Shown here: positions 13,101-26,881 of the stretch, one piece after another | Numbering within the stretch: position 1 is the first letter of the stretch | How the letters are laid out: the number at the start of each line of letters is the position of its first letter | The notes under the pieces: model-generated | Seen by the model: the letters and a program-made list of their open reading frames with translations, nothing else | Databases searched by the model: none | What the model was told of the DNA's origin: nothing | From: Lama guanicoe | Taxonomy: Eukaryota | Length of the DNA stretch: 64,000 nt | Direction of reading: 5' to 3' | Assembly: GCA_013239625.1 (NCBI GenBank) | Contig: MU054001.1 | Coordinates: forward strand, 1,491,884-1,555,883 | Position numbers and translations under genes: made by a program

Positions 13101-13613
13101 TTTTCTTCTTTGTATGCTACCTCTTTTAGTAGCAATGCACAAAGATCCTGTTACACCAACAAGCTAGCTTCTAGAACTATATTATATAACTTATAAATAG
13201 TAACAATAACCATAGCTACTGTTTAAGTGAGTGCATATTATAAACCAGACAAGTGCTGCATTGTTACCTCACTGAACCCTTGAAACTACATTAGAAAGCA
13301 GGCATAGTAGATACCATCTTTTGCCCACCCAGTATCAATTCTGACCATTTTTCTTGTTGACAAAATCCTGATTTTGACCGGGGCAACCTTGGGTGCACCC
13401 AAAAGGCTTGCTTTCCCGGACTTCCCTGCAGCGGGAGTAGCCATGTTGCACTGTCCTAGTTGATAACACTGAGGTGCAAGTCTACTCTTGATTTTAATTT
13501 TTTCATTTATTTTTTTCTTAATTAAAAAAAAAAAGCCTTTCTCCCCTCCCCTTCCAGCCTGGACCAATGCCTGATGGTCTACCCACCACCTTTAAAGGAA
13601 ACCTTATGCAGAA

Positions 13614-14178
13614 TGAGGTGAGCATCCTCTACAAAGGCCCCTAATAATCCCTGCGTCCTGCTCCTCTACCTCCTGTAATCCCGCCCCTTGAGTGTAGACC
13701 AGGCCTAGTGACTCACTTCTACTAAACAGAATACTACGGAAGTGATGGGGTGGCACTTCCAAGATTAGGTTACAAAAAGACTGTAACTTCTTGTGTGTGT
13801 GTGTCTGTCTGTCCATCTGTCTGTCTCAGAGACACTCTGGGGGCAGCAAACTGCCATGCTGTAAGCTGCCCTATGGAGAGACCCATGTGGCAAGGAAGTG
13901 ATGCCTCCTCCAGCCAACAGCCAGTGAGGATCTGCAGCCTTTCCATGGCCACAAGGCTGAGCTTGGAAGCAGACCCCCCTCCGCCCCGAGCCAAGTCTGA
14001 AAATAAATGCAGCCCCGCCCAACACCTTGAGTGCCACCTTAGAAGAGACTCTGAGTCTGAGGCACACGGCTAAGCTGGGCCTGGGTTCCTAACCCACGGA
14101 AATATAACTGTAAGGTAGGAAATATTTGTTGCTTCAAGTTGTTAAGCTTTGTGGTAATTGGTCACATGGCAATGACAG
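13614..14178 (+). mobile_element. MaLR LTR (MLT1E/F-like), apparently inside an older MLT spanning about 13300-14330
   Basis: CCCCTTGAGTGT...GTGACTCACTTCTA...CACTTCCAAGATTAGGTTA...TTTGTGGTAATT. Confidence 0.7.
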
Positions 14179-14632
14179 AGCCTCTTCACCATCTTTCAAT
14201 GGAATTATCTGGTGAGAATGGCAGAACAGGGCGCTAAAAGATGCTGGGTGCTCGGGCACTTTCAAGGGCAGCTCCTCCACCACCTATCTCCTAATTCAGG
14301 CCAGAAAAATAAACCTTTATGTCATTAAACAATCTAAATCGATTCTCAGTGATACAATAAGTACTATTATTGTTATGGATGTTCCCAGGTAACATCTAAT
14401 GGGTTTACGTAATACAAACATAAAAAGAAAAGTAGTGGTTCTCAAGAGTTTAATTCAGTGGAATAAACAAACAAAAAAAAGAACTCAACAGAAGGTGCTG
14501 GTCAACACAGTATTCTGTCAGAAGTGTAGATTACAAAAGGACACAGAATGACCCCATTGTTTAAAAAAAGACACACAGACACACAAATACTCACGCAAAC
14601 ACACAGGACAAAAAGCCTTGAAGGTTATAGAC

Positions 14633-14961
14633 CAGAGGTCAGCAAATGTTTTTCTATAAAGCGCCAGATGGTAAGTACTCCAGGCTTTTGAGGCCAGGGG
14701 TTTGTCACAACAACTCAACTCTGCCGGAGCACGAGAGCAGACAGAAACAATATGGGCATGAATGAGCATGGCTGTGTTCCAAGAAGGCTTTATTTATGGA
14801 AAAGAAATTTTAAATTTCATATTATTTTCATATGTAACAAAATATTATTCTTCTTTTGATTTTTTTCCCAACTATTTAAAGATGTAAATACCATTGTTAA
14901 CTCAGGGGCCGTACAAAAACAGGCCAGATTTGGCCCAAAGACTGCAGTTGACTAACCTCTA
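14633..14961. mobile_element. hAT-Charlie MER58B-like element
   Basis: CAGAGGTCAGCAAA...TTGACTAACCTCTA termini, degenerate TSD TTATAGAC/TTATGGAA, and similarity to the 8082 element. Confidence 0.8.
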
Positions 14962-15384
14962 TTATGGAACAAAACCATCACAGTGACTGTGCTTGCCTGG
15001 GAAGTAAGACTGAGGAAGACCTTCTTACTTTCTTCTTGAAACTTCTCACCATTGTCTGAATATACGAGCGTGTATTTTATAATCAGAATATGCAGTGAAA
15101 TTTTGTTCATTTGAGGTGGGCACAGGAAGGAAGAAAAAGTTTCTTGGGGGACACTGGGAATTGGAAATGCACTGAAAAAGTAATACAATAAAAACTGTCA
15201 GCTAAGCCACAGAAAACATTTTCAGTGGTCCTAATGATTCTCCAAAGTGGACAGAAACCATGTATCTATTTGTAAACAAGTGATATGAGATGGAGAATTG
15301 AGACAGACTGAGGGAACCTACTGTGAAATGTGCATGAGCTCCCACAAAAAATAAAACTCTACCACACTGAGTAGAAACACAAGA

Positions 15385-15570
15385 ATCAATAAGGACCTAC
15401 TTGGATAGCACAGAGAACTGTATTCAATATCTTGTAACAACCTATAATGAAAAAAAATCTGAAAAAGAATATATGTATGTGTGTGTGTGTCTGTGTGTGT
15501 ATAACTGAATCACTTCACTGTACACCTGAAACTAACACAACACTGTAAATCAACTATGCTTCAATCAAAG
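15385..15570 (+). mobile_element. L1 3' end fragment
   Basis: Homologous to the 3' ends at 30134 and 42790 (ATAACTGAATCACTT...TACACCTGAAACTAACACAACACTGTAAATCAACTA). Confidence 0.8.
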
Positions 15571-16639
15571 AAATTCTTTGCCAGCCTCCCCAAAAAGAAA
15601 CACAAGAAAAACCTGGAAATACAACATAAAGCATTTCTTCAATCCTATGTGTACATTAGACGTTTCATATTTTCAGAAAATATTCTATTCACTTTACAGA
15701 AATATAACATGGAAATACAATTTACAATAAAATTCTTCTTTGCAATTTTGGTGAAATTCTTCAGGATTATAAAACAGATGTAACTGATGACATCCAGTCA
15801 CTATGCCCAGCTCTTAAAAGAATACATTCTACACCTACCCAGGTAACTACACATGTAACAGTCAGTTCTGTAGGCACCATGTCATAAAGCCATTCTAGCT
15901 GTCACCATTCCTGTAGAAAAACAGTAAGACAGAGAAAACACCAGTTCTGGTGTTTCTTGTTAACATTTACCAGATGATCCTAGGGTTAGAGATGACACTG
16001 CTAAATATTCATGTCTGAATACAAGGCAGGCATCTCTCTCTAATTTTGAAAAGGCTCTCCCTAAAGTACGGAAGAAAGTCAACATAATTATCTTAATGAC
16101 TCCAAAGCAGGTGACTTGTTTGCCTTCTGGTCCTTCTATTCTCATTCCCTCTGCACATCTAGGATAGCCCCCTGGAGATCCACCTTTATATTTCTCTCTC
16201 TCTCTCTCTCTTTTTAATACAGAAAAAGGTATTTTTAAGCATATGTAAATATTTTTCTAGACCATACAACGACCAGAAGCACTAAGAAATAGGCATGAAT
16301 AAGAGCTGTCATCTCATACATGTTAAAATTGTGAATTTTTATGTTAGGTAAATTATACCTCTATTTTTTTAATGTAGGCAAAAGAAATACAACCATACTG
16401 ATAAAAGAAAATGTGGGAGTGGGAAATATAATCGCCAATGTAAGTATCTAACTCAAAAACTTTTAAATTACTTTTGGATGATTTGCTGGTTTGAACTATC
16501 CTTCTTCTTCCCCTCCATGCACACACATACTAAGCATCTCATTTCATCTGTCCTCTGACTTGGAGTTTTCATGTATAAAATAATAGGAAGAACCCTTTTC
16601 TTTGGCTAACTCATAGAACTATGGGAATTAAATGAGAGA

Positions 16640-17370
16640 GATAAACAATGGACAATAACAACTGTTGGCAAGGATGTAAAGAAATTGGAACCTTCTGTAC
16701 ATTGTTGTGGGGATGTAATATGGTACAGTTGCTTTGGAAAACAGTTTAGTCGTTTCTCAAAAAGTTAAACATAGAGTTACCATATAACTCAGTAATTCTA
16801 CTCCTAGATATATGCCCAAGGGAAATGAAAACATGTCTCTACGAAAACTTGTTCACAAATGTCTACAGCAGCATTGTTCACAGTAGCCAAAAAAAGAAAA
16901 CAACATATGTCCCTCGAGTGATGAATATGTAAACAAAATGTGGTACATCCATATAATGGAGTATCATTCAGCTGTAAAAAGAAATGAAGTATGTATACAA
17001 TTCTGCAACATGGATGAACTGTGAAAACATTTAGATTATGCTAAGTAAAAGAAGCCAGTCACAAGCGATCACATATTATATGATTCCATTTATATGAAAC
17101 GTCTGTAACAGGCAAATGTCTAAACACAGAAAGTAGATTAGTAGTTGCTGAGGGCTAGGGGTGAGCGGTTGGTAAGAGAGAATAGGGGATGACAGCTAAT
17201 GAGTCCACGCTTTCTTTCAGAGGAGAAGAAAATGTTCTAGAATTAGATTTCAGTGGTGATGGTTGTATGACTTTGTGAACACATCAAAAAAAAATAACAC
17301 TAAGTTATGTACTTTAAATGGGTAAACTGTATGCATGCAAATCATAATGAAGTTCTTTTTAGAAAAAAAG
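16640..17370 (+). mobile_element. Old L1M (L1MB-like) 3' fragment
   Basis: TGTTGGCAAGGATGTAAAGAAATTGGAACC...AAAATGTGGTACATCCAT...ATGCTAAGTAAAAGAAGCCAGTCACAA. Confidence 0.8.
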
Positions 17371-18519
17371 AATAGTCATCTCTAAGTGGGGAAGTTGGGG
17401 AGGACTATGGGGGAGAGTTGTTATTTTCCATCATAATCCCTTTGTACAATGTAATTATATTTAACATGTGAATGTTATTAATATGATAGAAAAATAGAAA
17501 TGATTATTAGAAAAAGTACATGCAAAACTGTACAGACATTACTGAAGACACACTCTTTCCTCATAAAGTCAACCTAAGAGAACCAATCTATGTTCCCTAC
17601 TAGGTATCATACAGAAAAAGTAAGTGAAGGGTCATCCTGCTGCTGGGTGACAAGATGCACCGTCTCACACACACGCATGTGTGTGTGTGTGCGTACACAC
17701 ATACGAATCTCCCTCACACAGAGAAATAAGTAATGTATATCCATTATGCAAAATTAAAAATATATTCTCAGGACATCATACCAACCCTTCCCTAAGTATC
17801 AGGATAGCCCTTCCATTGGCAGAAATTGCACTGTGCTCTGTAGACATGCAGACAGGGTTCCTGATCTCCAGGGACTCACCATCAAAGAGCCACCAACTAG
17901 ACCAATGAAATGGTGAAGTGCAAAGTGATCAGAAACTGGACTGATAAGTGGGCATGATGGAAGGAAAGATTTGCAGAGGCAGAGACTTTCAAACTCTTGA
18001 GAAGAAGTGGATTTTCCCCTAGATGAACTGTGGGGAGCGCGGAGGACAGTGGGTTGGATGGATGAAGCGAAGTTGAAGGGGGTATCTCTGACAAAATAAA
18101 TAGTAAATAGATGGGCCTGGAAGAAGGGAGGCAGAGCTGGGAGGGGAAGGTTAAAGCTGATGTTGGTTGTAGGGGCTGGCTGTTTAAGGAACAGGATGCT
18201 AGCCGTCTGGCTTAAGCCAGACCTCTGTCTAGAGAACTGGACTGGGCAACTGGTTTTCTAAGTTGAGTTGATTCTCTAGTAGCAGATGAGATTGGACAAC
18301 TGGCTGTCTGGTTGGACCAGCTCCCCGTAAAGGGATGGGAAGCCCTCTGGAGGCTATCGTGCAGTAAGAAAATCTCTTTGTTTCCTGTGTGTGTCGTGAG
18401 TCTTAGTCTCTGTTCTGATACGAGTGAAGCCCCATTTTTATGACCTCATCTGACCTTAGTTGCCTCCCCAAAACCCCATCTCTAAATGCCATCATATTAA
18501 AGGTTAGGGTTTCAACATG

Positions 18520-18950
18520 GAGATACATTCCCCTTTGCCAGACCCTACAGTTCCCAGCCTACCCTGCAACCAGGAATGGCCAAGCAATCCAGATCTGGCC
18601 AATAGGACATAATGAAGAGTCTGCTAGGAGCTTTGTGGCGAATACTTTCTTCCTAATATAAAAACTACCTTTGATCTTCCTACCCTCTTCCTGCCTTGAA
18701 CAGTTACATGAGGACATGATGCGTGGTGCTACTGCAACCATCTTGTGATCACTGGGTTAAGCCAACAGACCAAAAAGTCCATGTGCCAAAGACAGAGAGC
18801 AGAAAACTAGAAAGTGCCAGCATCCTTGATTATATTATTTAGCCATTGCTCCAGATGAGCTTCTTCCTTTCAGACCACTTAAGATGTGAGAAAAGTCATG
18901 TTTAATCAGCTGTTCAGTGGGAATTCTGTTACTTGCAGCCAATGTTTTTC
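18520..18950 (+). mobile_element. Old MaLR LTR (MLT1-like)
   Basis: TTCCCAGCCTACCCTGCA...TCTGGCCAATAGGAC...GCAACCATCTTGTGA...TTCTGTTACTTGCAGC. Confidence 0.55.
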
Positions 18951-21900
18951 AAATTCATTCTGAGCAAATGCACAAAACTCGTTAATGTGCTTCTACTCTA
19001 ATGTGATATTGGCCACCCAACCTGGGTTGTAGACATTCAGGAGTTGCAATCAAGTGAACACCATACTTATCTATTCTAGCGGAAGAGAACTATCATTTTG
19101 GAAACAATAGAGAATCTCTAATCACCACAGAATGTCTCTTCCTCTAAGATTTTGTATGAAGGGTTCATAACATGCAGAAAAGAACAGACAATTCTGGGAA
19201 TACAAATTACTTCCTTTTAAAAAAAAAAAGAGATTGAATCTCGTATTCATTAGAAACCTAAATAAACAGACCAGAAATCTGAAGAAATCTGAAGAATCTG
19301 AGGCTGTGGTATTATTCAGCTTTTTTACTATTTGCATATGATGTTAACAAGTGCAAAACTCCAAAATCTTAAAAAGAAAAGGTCCAGCAGGGAACTTCAT
19401 TGTTAGATTTGACCTGGTAACACCACTACACCAAAAAAATGCTTTTTTTTTTTTTACTACTTCTCCATGTTGTACACTTTTTAAAAAATGGTTTGTCATG
19501 AGCTGATTCAAATGAGGGAGTTGAACAAATTTCCAAAAATATCTTCAATTTGTAGAGTCTGTGTATTGGTATTACGTAGCTTAACTACTGTTTGTTTTAT
19601 TGTTGTTATTGTTACGTGTTTCCTATCTTCTTTCCAATCAGTCTCCTATTAATATACAACTGTTTTCTTAGCTAAAGTAAGTTTCATTGTAAGATTTAAA
19701 GTTCTAGAGGAAATCCTTATATAACATTCTGAGTAATACCTCAGGAGTGTTGCCATGGTAGACGGGAGACCAACTCAACCTTTTTCCAAGATGCTTAGAA
19801 CTGTCACATATAACTTTTTATGTTATCTTCATATAATTTGTATTTCAAGATGACAGGTTAAATCACACAACGACTGTCTTAAAAAAGCCTTCAATTACAT
19901 CAAACATCTCAAAATAACAACTTTTTCCAAGAGTTCTCAGACTCTGTCCTCAAACCCAAGTAAGAAAACACATTTAACTGAGGGGAAAATCCTCCATCAT
20001 TGAAGAGTGGGTAATTTGCTCTCTAGTTTTCCATAGGGGCATCTCCTCCAGGACTGTAAACTCTACAGGTAACCCTGTATTGAGTGCACCTTTAGAGAAG
20101 TCAGCCAAGCCATCCATGTTAGAGATCTTGGCTCTAAATAAATGAAGGTTAAATAAAACACAGACTGAAAGAGGAGCTCCCTCTAGAGTTTGAGGTCTTA
20201 GGACTCTGCCAACAGACGGTTACCCGGTTGTGATTTAAGCCCCTTTGAGTCTACAAATCTCTCTTACAAAGCTCAACTCTCTTCTTTCCTTATTCATTCA
20301 CTTCTTCCGCCATCACGATGTTCCCTCTTCTCCTAGACCAAGCACATTTCACATTTCATCAGAAGCCAAAAATGTCAAACGTTTCCATGGGTAGACAGAA
20401 ATCTGCAAGCCTTTTTGTTTTGTTTTGTTTTTTTAATGCCTGCTGTTATTATGAGAGGTGACAATGTGATCTCCCTCAGGCACCTCTCCATCCATCCATG
20501 CCAGGCAGGTCATTTTCCTTTTATCAGAAAGGAGGGTAGGTCATCGCATTTTAGTGCATGTTGACACCACTGCTAATAAAAGCAAGATATGAAGTCGCTG
20601 CCCTTAAGGTGCCTTAAACTCCACCTTACCGAAAACAGCTATTTCACAGTTCCTCCACTGGAGTTGGAAGTGGAAAGTGATTTGACACCACATTGCCTTA
20701 ACCACACAGATCTCAACCAGGTAAAGCACAGGTCGGATGCCTAAGTGAAGAGGTTATCCCTCTCTCATTCAGGTTAGCAAGATGGTTCCTTTAAGAAAGC
20801 AACAATGAATCAGGACACTGACTTGACAGATAAAAAAGCAGAGGCAGGAACAAGATCCATTCTGGATCATGTGTCTGAAAATAGTACTAGTGAACTTAGA
20901 GATCCACTAATCCGTAGCTTTCACACTTAAATTTTAAGTTTTAAACCATTAATTCGAAAGTAATCTTAGCCAAAAGTATAAACATATAAAATACAAAAAA
21001 ATAAGTCAGGCTATTCACAGGCCCCCACCTCCTGCAGCAGGAGTGCCCAGGGCACAGTCTGCAAATCAGTGCACCAGAGCCTATGCACCATTTTGAAAAG
21101 GGCAAAACTTGAGATGTTGCTGTCCATTCTTTCATTCTGTTTTCTTCTTTTCTTCTCTTAATGGCCATACTGAACTCTCCTCTCGATCACCTCCTAAACT
21201 TAAAACCCCTAATGAGAGTCCCCAGTTCACTTGCAGGTAATCTAAGAAACACACTATAAAATAAAACAGGTACTTTTTTACAACCTATCTTGACAAAGAT
21301 TCATATTCCTTTTCCAGAAGGGAATTTGGCAATGTGCATCAGAGAGCCTTAAAAAATAGTCCTATCTTTTGACTGATTTGTTCTATTTCCAGGCATTTAT
21401 TCATTGTAAATAAACAAACAAACAAAGCAAGCAAGCACGCACACACATAAAGATGTCTGTTAATAAACTAGTCAATACAGCATCATTTATACTAATAAAA
21501 ATAAATGAAACAAGTTAAATGGTCAACAATAAGGAACTGTTTAATTAATTATTATAGCTATCTGATGGGCTGACTGTGCTTTGGTACTAAAATGTTTCTA
21601 ATATAATAAAAAATGCAAAAACTAGTGGTAACTCTATACAGTACCATCTGGAAACGTAAAGATAAATGGATGGAGAGATAAAGTATAAAATTTACTTACT
21701 AACTGAACTGGATACAAAATTTAGTTCTATTTACTTTAGCAAAAGACACATAGTAGGTTGGCTTATTTAAAAAGGCAACATAAAAGTTTATCTGAAGTTA
21801 ACTAACTGACACTATACCCTAGCATTACTATAATTATTGGGAAGTTGCTATAATATTCTCTTTTCTAATGTGTTCATGTTCCACCGTCCTTTCCCTTTAA

Positions 21901-22089
21901 CACAATGCTAGCTATCTGAGGTAGGCCTAAGGGAAGACATCCCACTAACAATAATGGAATATTTTGATCTAAGATGTCTTCAAAAGACATAGATCCACTC
22001 TGATTATATTTAAACTCCATGATAAATCTGTCCCTAAATATTTCTGTAGACTATGCCACAACAGGTGGCAGCTTACCGAGGGTCTGTTT

Positions 22090-23050
22090 TGTTCCAGACA
22101 CTGTGCCAGATAATGAAAAATACACAAGACAAATGAAAACTCAGCCCTTGTCTTCACGCAGCTCATGGACTAGCCACATGAACGGATGAACAGGCACACT
22201 GAGGTAAAAGCTAAGGAAGTGCGTGAAACACTGAGGGCAGCAGAACAGAGAAGTCTCAGAAGAGCTGGCATTTGAGGAGACTTGAAAGCTATGTCATTTT
22301 CTCATTCTCTAGGTGCCGGTGAGGTGGGAGAGGAGTCCAGGGAGAGAAAGGCACAGAGGCCTACATCTGCTCAGGGAGGCGCCATGTTCTTATAGCTGGA
22401 GTATCAGGTGTGAGTTGTTGCGGGGAGCAGGTGGGGGTAAGGAGTCAGCCACAGATAATGAATGAGACCTCAGATGGCAAGCCCAGGGGTCTGCATTTTT
22501 AACCTGCAGCCAGTGACAAATCTCTAAGAAATTGTAAAGAGTGTAGTCATGTGGTCACTTTCCATGTCTAAAGATGGCAAGAAAGAACTTGATGGAAGGT
22601 AGACTGCAGGCTGGGAGCCTGAGGAAATAAAAAAAGGTGTGCACACAGGAGTGGCATGAAGATGAAGAGATGAAAGACAGACATAGGACAGAGCTAGTAC
22701 TTGGTGACCAACTGGCTGAGGAGAGAGAAGTGCGGCCCCCTTTCATCTGGAAGCCCCTCCTGCATTCTCCCAGGGCTCTCTCCCTCCCCAGGTCAGTTCT
22801 CTGCCACAAAGAATCCACTGAGAGCTCCTCCCTGACCACCCAAAAACCCTTTCTCCTCTTACCCTGCTTTATTTTTCTTCATAGCATTTCAAACTACCAA
22901 AAAGTTGTTGCTTGCTTACTTGTTTATTTTCTATCTCTCCCTGCGGAGTCCGAGCTCCATGAAGGCAGGTACGACCTGTCTGTTTGGTTCATGTCTGTGT
23001 TCCAGAACTCAGAACATGTAAGAGCTCAAAAAATATTTGCAGAGTGAGTG
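22090..23050. mobile_element. Degenerate L2 fragments
   Basis: CCAGACACTGTGCCAG...GCCCTTGTCTTCAC and AGCTCCATGAAGGCAGG...AAATATTTGCAGAGTGAGTGAA resemble L2 3' ends. Confidence 0.5.
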
Positions 23051-23789
23051 AAGGAGAGAAGGAGGGAAAAGGCAGGTGGACAGGCCACTCAGATTTCTGG
23101 TTTAAGTGCTTGACTAAAGCATGATGTTATAAACTAAAATCAGTACTATGGGGCGGAGAGGTGGCAGGGAGCCGAAACACAAAGATTACCTGTCTTCAGT
23201 TTGAGAGTCTGTTATCTGCCCAAGCACTGCCTGACACTATTTAGTTAAGTCTTTCCTGCTAAGAAAACGACAAAAAGGAAATGAGGAGGTACCTGTGGAG
23301 GGCCTGGAGCACTGCACAAAAGCAAGTGCTTTTCAAACAGGATCTCCCTCCATCCTCACCGGACATAGTATTCCTATTTCTATGCATGAGGAAACTGAGA
23401 CTAAAGGGTTAACTGGTACCCAAGGTGACCCAGCTGAGTATGGCAGAAACAAAACTAAAAATTCCTACCCTATCGACAGCACAACACTAGAAGCAAACCA
23501 GGTTCAGTCACCAGAAGTTTTTCCTCTGCTTTGAGAATACAGTTAGGCTTTGCCTCCCCCATCTCCACTTCAGAATGCTTTTTAATGGCGTCCCAGATTT
23601 ATAAGAAAAGATGGCTTTCACCACCGTATTTTTCCTCTGTCTAAGAAACATCTTGCCTAAGACCGACCTCTGAAGTTTCTAAGACTTGATCATAGACAAT
23701 TCAACTCCTGGTGTTTGAAGCTCTTCACCACGGGGGAAAAAGAATGTCTTAAATGAGAATAACAATCATGCACCCTCAATCTCCCCTCT

Positions 23790-24146
23790 CTGTTATTTAT
23801 TTTAAATTTCAATTTCCACTTTACAAATCACACAAACCGATCTCTCCATCCCTTAGCAAAATTACATAAACACCAAAGTAAACATTTCATCCTGTCAGCG
23901 AACCCCAGGTACCACTGGGCTGGCATCTAGTCCCTTAAACCAATGGCCGCAAGCTGACAGAATATGCAAGACAAGTCGGAGAGTTTAGCTGGCAGAGCTG
24001 CTCAGATCCACGTTGTGCTATTTGAAACTCAGACCACATGAGACAACAGTTCACTTTTTTCACCGTGGCAACAGATTCAACCTCCTGGCCCTGTGAAAGT
24101 CATCTGAATATATTTAACCAAAGGAAAAACGAAAAAAAAGAAAGAG

Positions 24147-24185
<39 letters not shown>

Positions 24186-24720
24186 AAGAGGGAAAAAACT
24201 TCCTATCTTCTGATTGAAGATATATTCAGCACTCTGATTTTTTATGCACATTTGATCATGCTGTTGACAGCCTTGGAAGTTAAGTAATATGGACTGCTGC
24301 ACAGAGGTTTCAAACCTTGATGGAAACCAATGGCAGGCTCCTTTTGACAGTCAAATAATGACAAGCACGTTGCAGGCCAATGCCCGTCATTCACCAGCAT
24401 CTCCAACCTGCTCCAACTGCTGCACAGCGACTAAGTGGAGGGTCAGAGGTTAAGCTCCAAGAAGCCAGCGATGAAGGGCAACTGTCATGCACCACTGCCT
24501 ACTCTGAAGCAGCAAGGAGTGGCTGTCTCCTCCAGAACATGCAAAATGTTCTCATTCTGTCCAGGCAGAGACACATCTGAAGGTCCTAAATGAGACCATT
24601 GCCAATTCATGAAGCTCCAAACTGACAGCATGCCATTCAAGCTGTCTCCGATTGGACTTTTTTTTCCTATTTCAAATCACAAATGCATGCAAAGTATACA
24701 GTTACGCCTAACTCTTCAGC
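23790..24720. promoter_or_regulatory. Candidate enhancer with a TGACAG (MEIS/TGIF/PKNOX) cluster
   Basis: Six TGACAG/CTGTCA hexamers in 737 bp of largely unique sequence. Confidence 0.45.
24149..24181. repeat. (AG)n microsatellite
   Basis: Directly visible. Confidence 0.95.
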
Positions 24721-26856
24721 CGTGGCTTTAAGCATGCTGGGCTTTTAGACACCTACATAGACTCAGACACATACACATTCTCAGAGCCTAAAAAAAAGGA
24801 AAAGAAATGCAAAATTAATGTATTCTTCTTTAGAGAGTTTCTAATAAAGTATATCATTCAAAATGGCACAGAAGAACCCAGATATCAGTTATCTAGGGAA
24901 GTTCCTAAGTGTCTACAAAAGAAAATAATCTTAAAAGGGAACTAATTTCATCTTAATATCATATTACTTTGAGAGTAAAAGAATGTAACTGTATATACAG
25001 AGAATTTTACTTAATGAAAGCACTATAATTTAAAGCACATAGTAACTTATCAATACATTTTACAATTTTTTGAGTTTGTTACAATAATATTGTTCACAAA
25101 TGACTCAGAGTTTAGCATACGATACAAATACATCCTACAATTCTAAGTTTGAGATTTTATAGCTTTTTTACAGAGTGGAATTACATGATCCCACTCAGAT
25201 GTGTGTATTAACGTATATTAAAAAGGGGTTTTCTTCTTTATCTTTATTGAGTAAAAAAGAAACGTCTCAATTTATTTAGAAGCCATATGACTGTCGCTAA
25301 AAGTGACTTGCTAGGACTGAAAATTAAGTTGGACAGGTCTTCTTACGCCCTTTTCACCAACAATAGGATTTCTATCCACAAAGAGAGCCATAAGTGGGCG
25401 TCATCAAAGACAGCCTTAGAGGTATGAACTTGAAAATGAACCTTAATAAAGGTGTTGGTCTACACCAACTGCGGCACTAAAGTCACTCTTTAAGCCCTGA
25501 TCACTATCACCCACCCTTTCTTAAGTAAACCTGGGGAGAAGAGATAACCTATAACTCTAAGAGGCAGAGCTAACAAAGACATCTCATTGTTAAAGCTTGT
25601 ACAGACAGAGAGGTCAACTAATCACCATTTGCTTTAGCAACAAGAACATAGCTCATCTCATACAGAGATGCAGACAACCAAATGTAAGTTATTTTAAGTA
25701 ATGTATGCCCAGGCAAAACCAGAAATTATGGTGTACAGACTTAGATTACTATATGTAGTTCTGATCAAGAAAAAGATCTCAAGCCACAAGTACCTATTCA
25801 CATACCACTGTTCAAAATAAAGTACCAAGTGAACATTCTGTAATACAAGAGACTTGATAAGCATCTGAATGTGAAATGACTTCTCTTTCCTGAGGGTTAA
25901 TTTTAAGGGGAAAATTCCTTACTTCACATTCAGGCATGTATAGTACTCAAAATCACCAAAACTGAATTCAGAGATGGAAACTTCTTCCCCAAATCCTTTT
26001 ATTTTAGACCTGGGTTGCAAACCCCAAAGTTGAATGTGAACTGGTACAGAACAAATAAAAGGAACTACCCCTTTAAATACGACAGCATCAATTAATGGCA
26101 CTCATATTCTTACGGGATAATACAGAACAAAAATTTAAATGGCTTCAAAAACAGATTGGCTGATTAAATCAGTCACAGATTCATAACTGCAGCAAAAGTA
26201 AATGAAGAATTTAGCAGATCCCAAGAAAAACTTTACGTGGATAAGCCCAGTGCTCAAATTATTATTATCAGCAAAGTCAATACTAGAGGGAACAAAAAGT
26301 GTAATGCCTTAATTTGTCATTGTCAACCCCAGATTCAGAGGGCTAAGCTAAATTCCCTCCTCAGGCCTTCCTGCCCTGTGACATTGCATGAAGGGGTCCC
26401 CACTATTACACAGTGACACAAAGGCTATCAATCTGTGGTCATAAAGCTCATCATTATTTCCCCTCTTCAAATATCTTATGGGGAGAGGGGGAATAATGGC
26501 AGTTGGTAGGGATAAGACAGGTAGACACATTTTGGTTTTGATAAAGCTGAGCATGACAGCCTTTCATGGACATACAAGAAGAAGGACTCGTGCTCACAGT
26601 CAATCTCTCTAGTCCAGAACGTAGCAGCTACTCAATAAATGCCTAAGGAATACATGAATAAATAAATTCCTCAATACTCCTTGTCAAAATTTCACGGATT
26701 GACAAAGGAATGCACCAAATGGCATTTTCTTGGAAAGGAACACACCCTGATCTCTTGAGGACAAATGCTGTGTTCCACTTTCCCCATTTGCTCCCTATTA
26801 ACCCCTCTACCTTTCTTCATATATCCCAAATTTTGGTATCTAAAAAGTTCTTTCAT

Positions 26857-26881
26857 ACACACACACACACACACACACACA
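26857..26881. repeat. (AC)n microsatellite
   Basis: Directly visible. Confidence 0.9.

Noticed and set aside
15936..15955. Hairpin AAACACCAG-TT-CTGGTGTTT (and an 8-bp stem near 55551-55568)
   Set aside because: Stems of 8-9 bp are expected occasionally in 64 kb, and no RNA gene context supports them.
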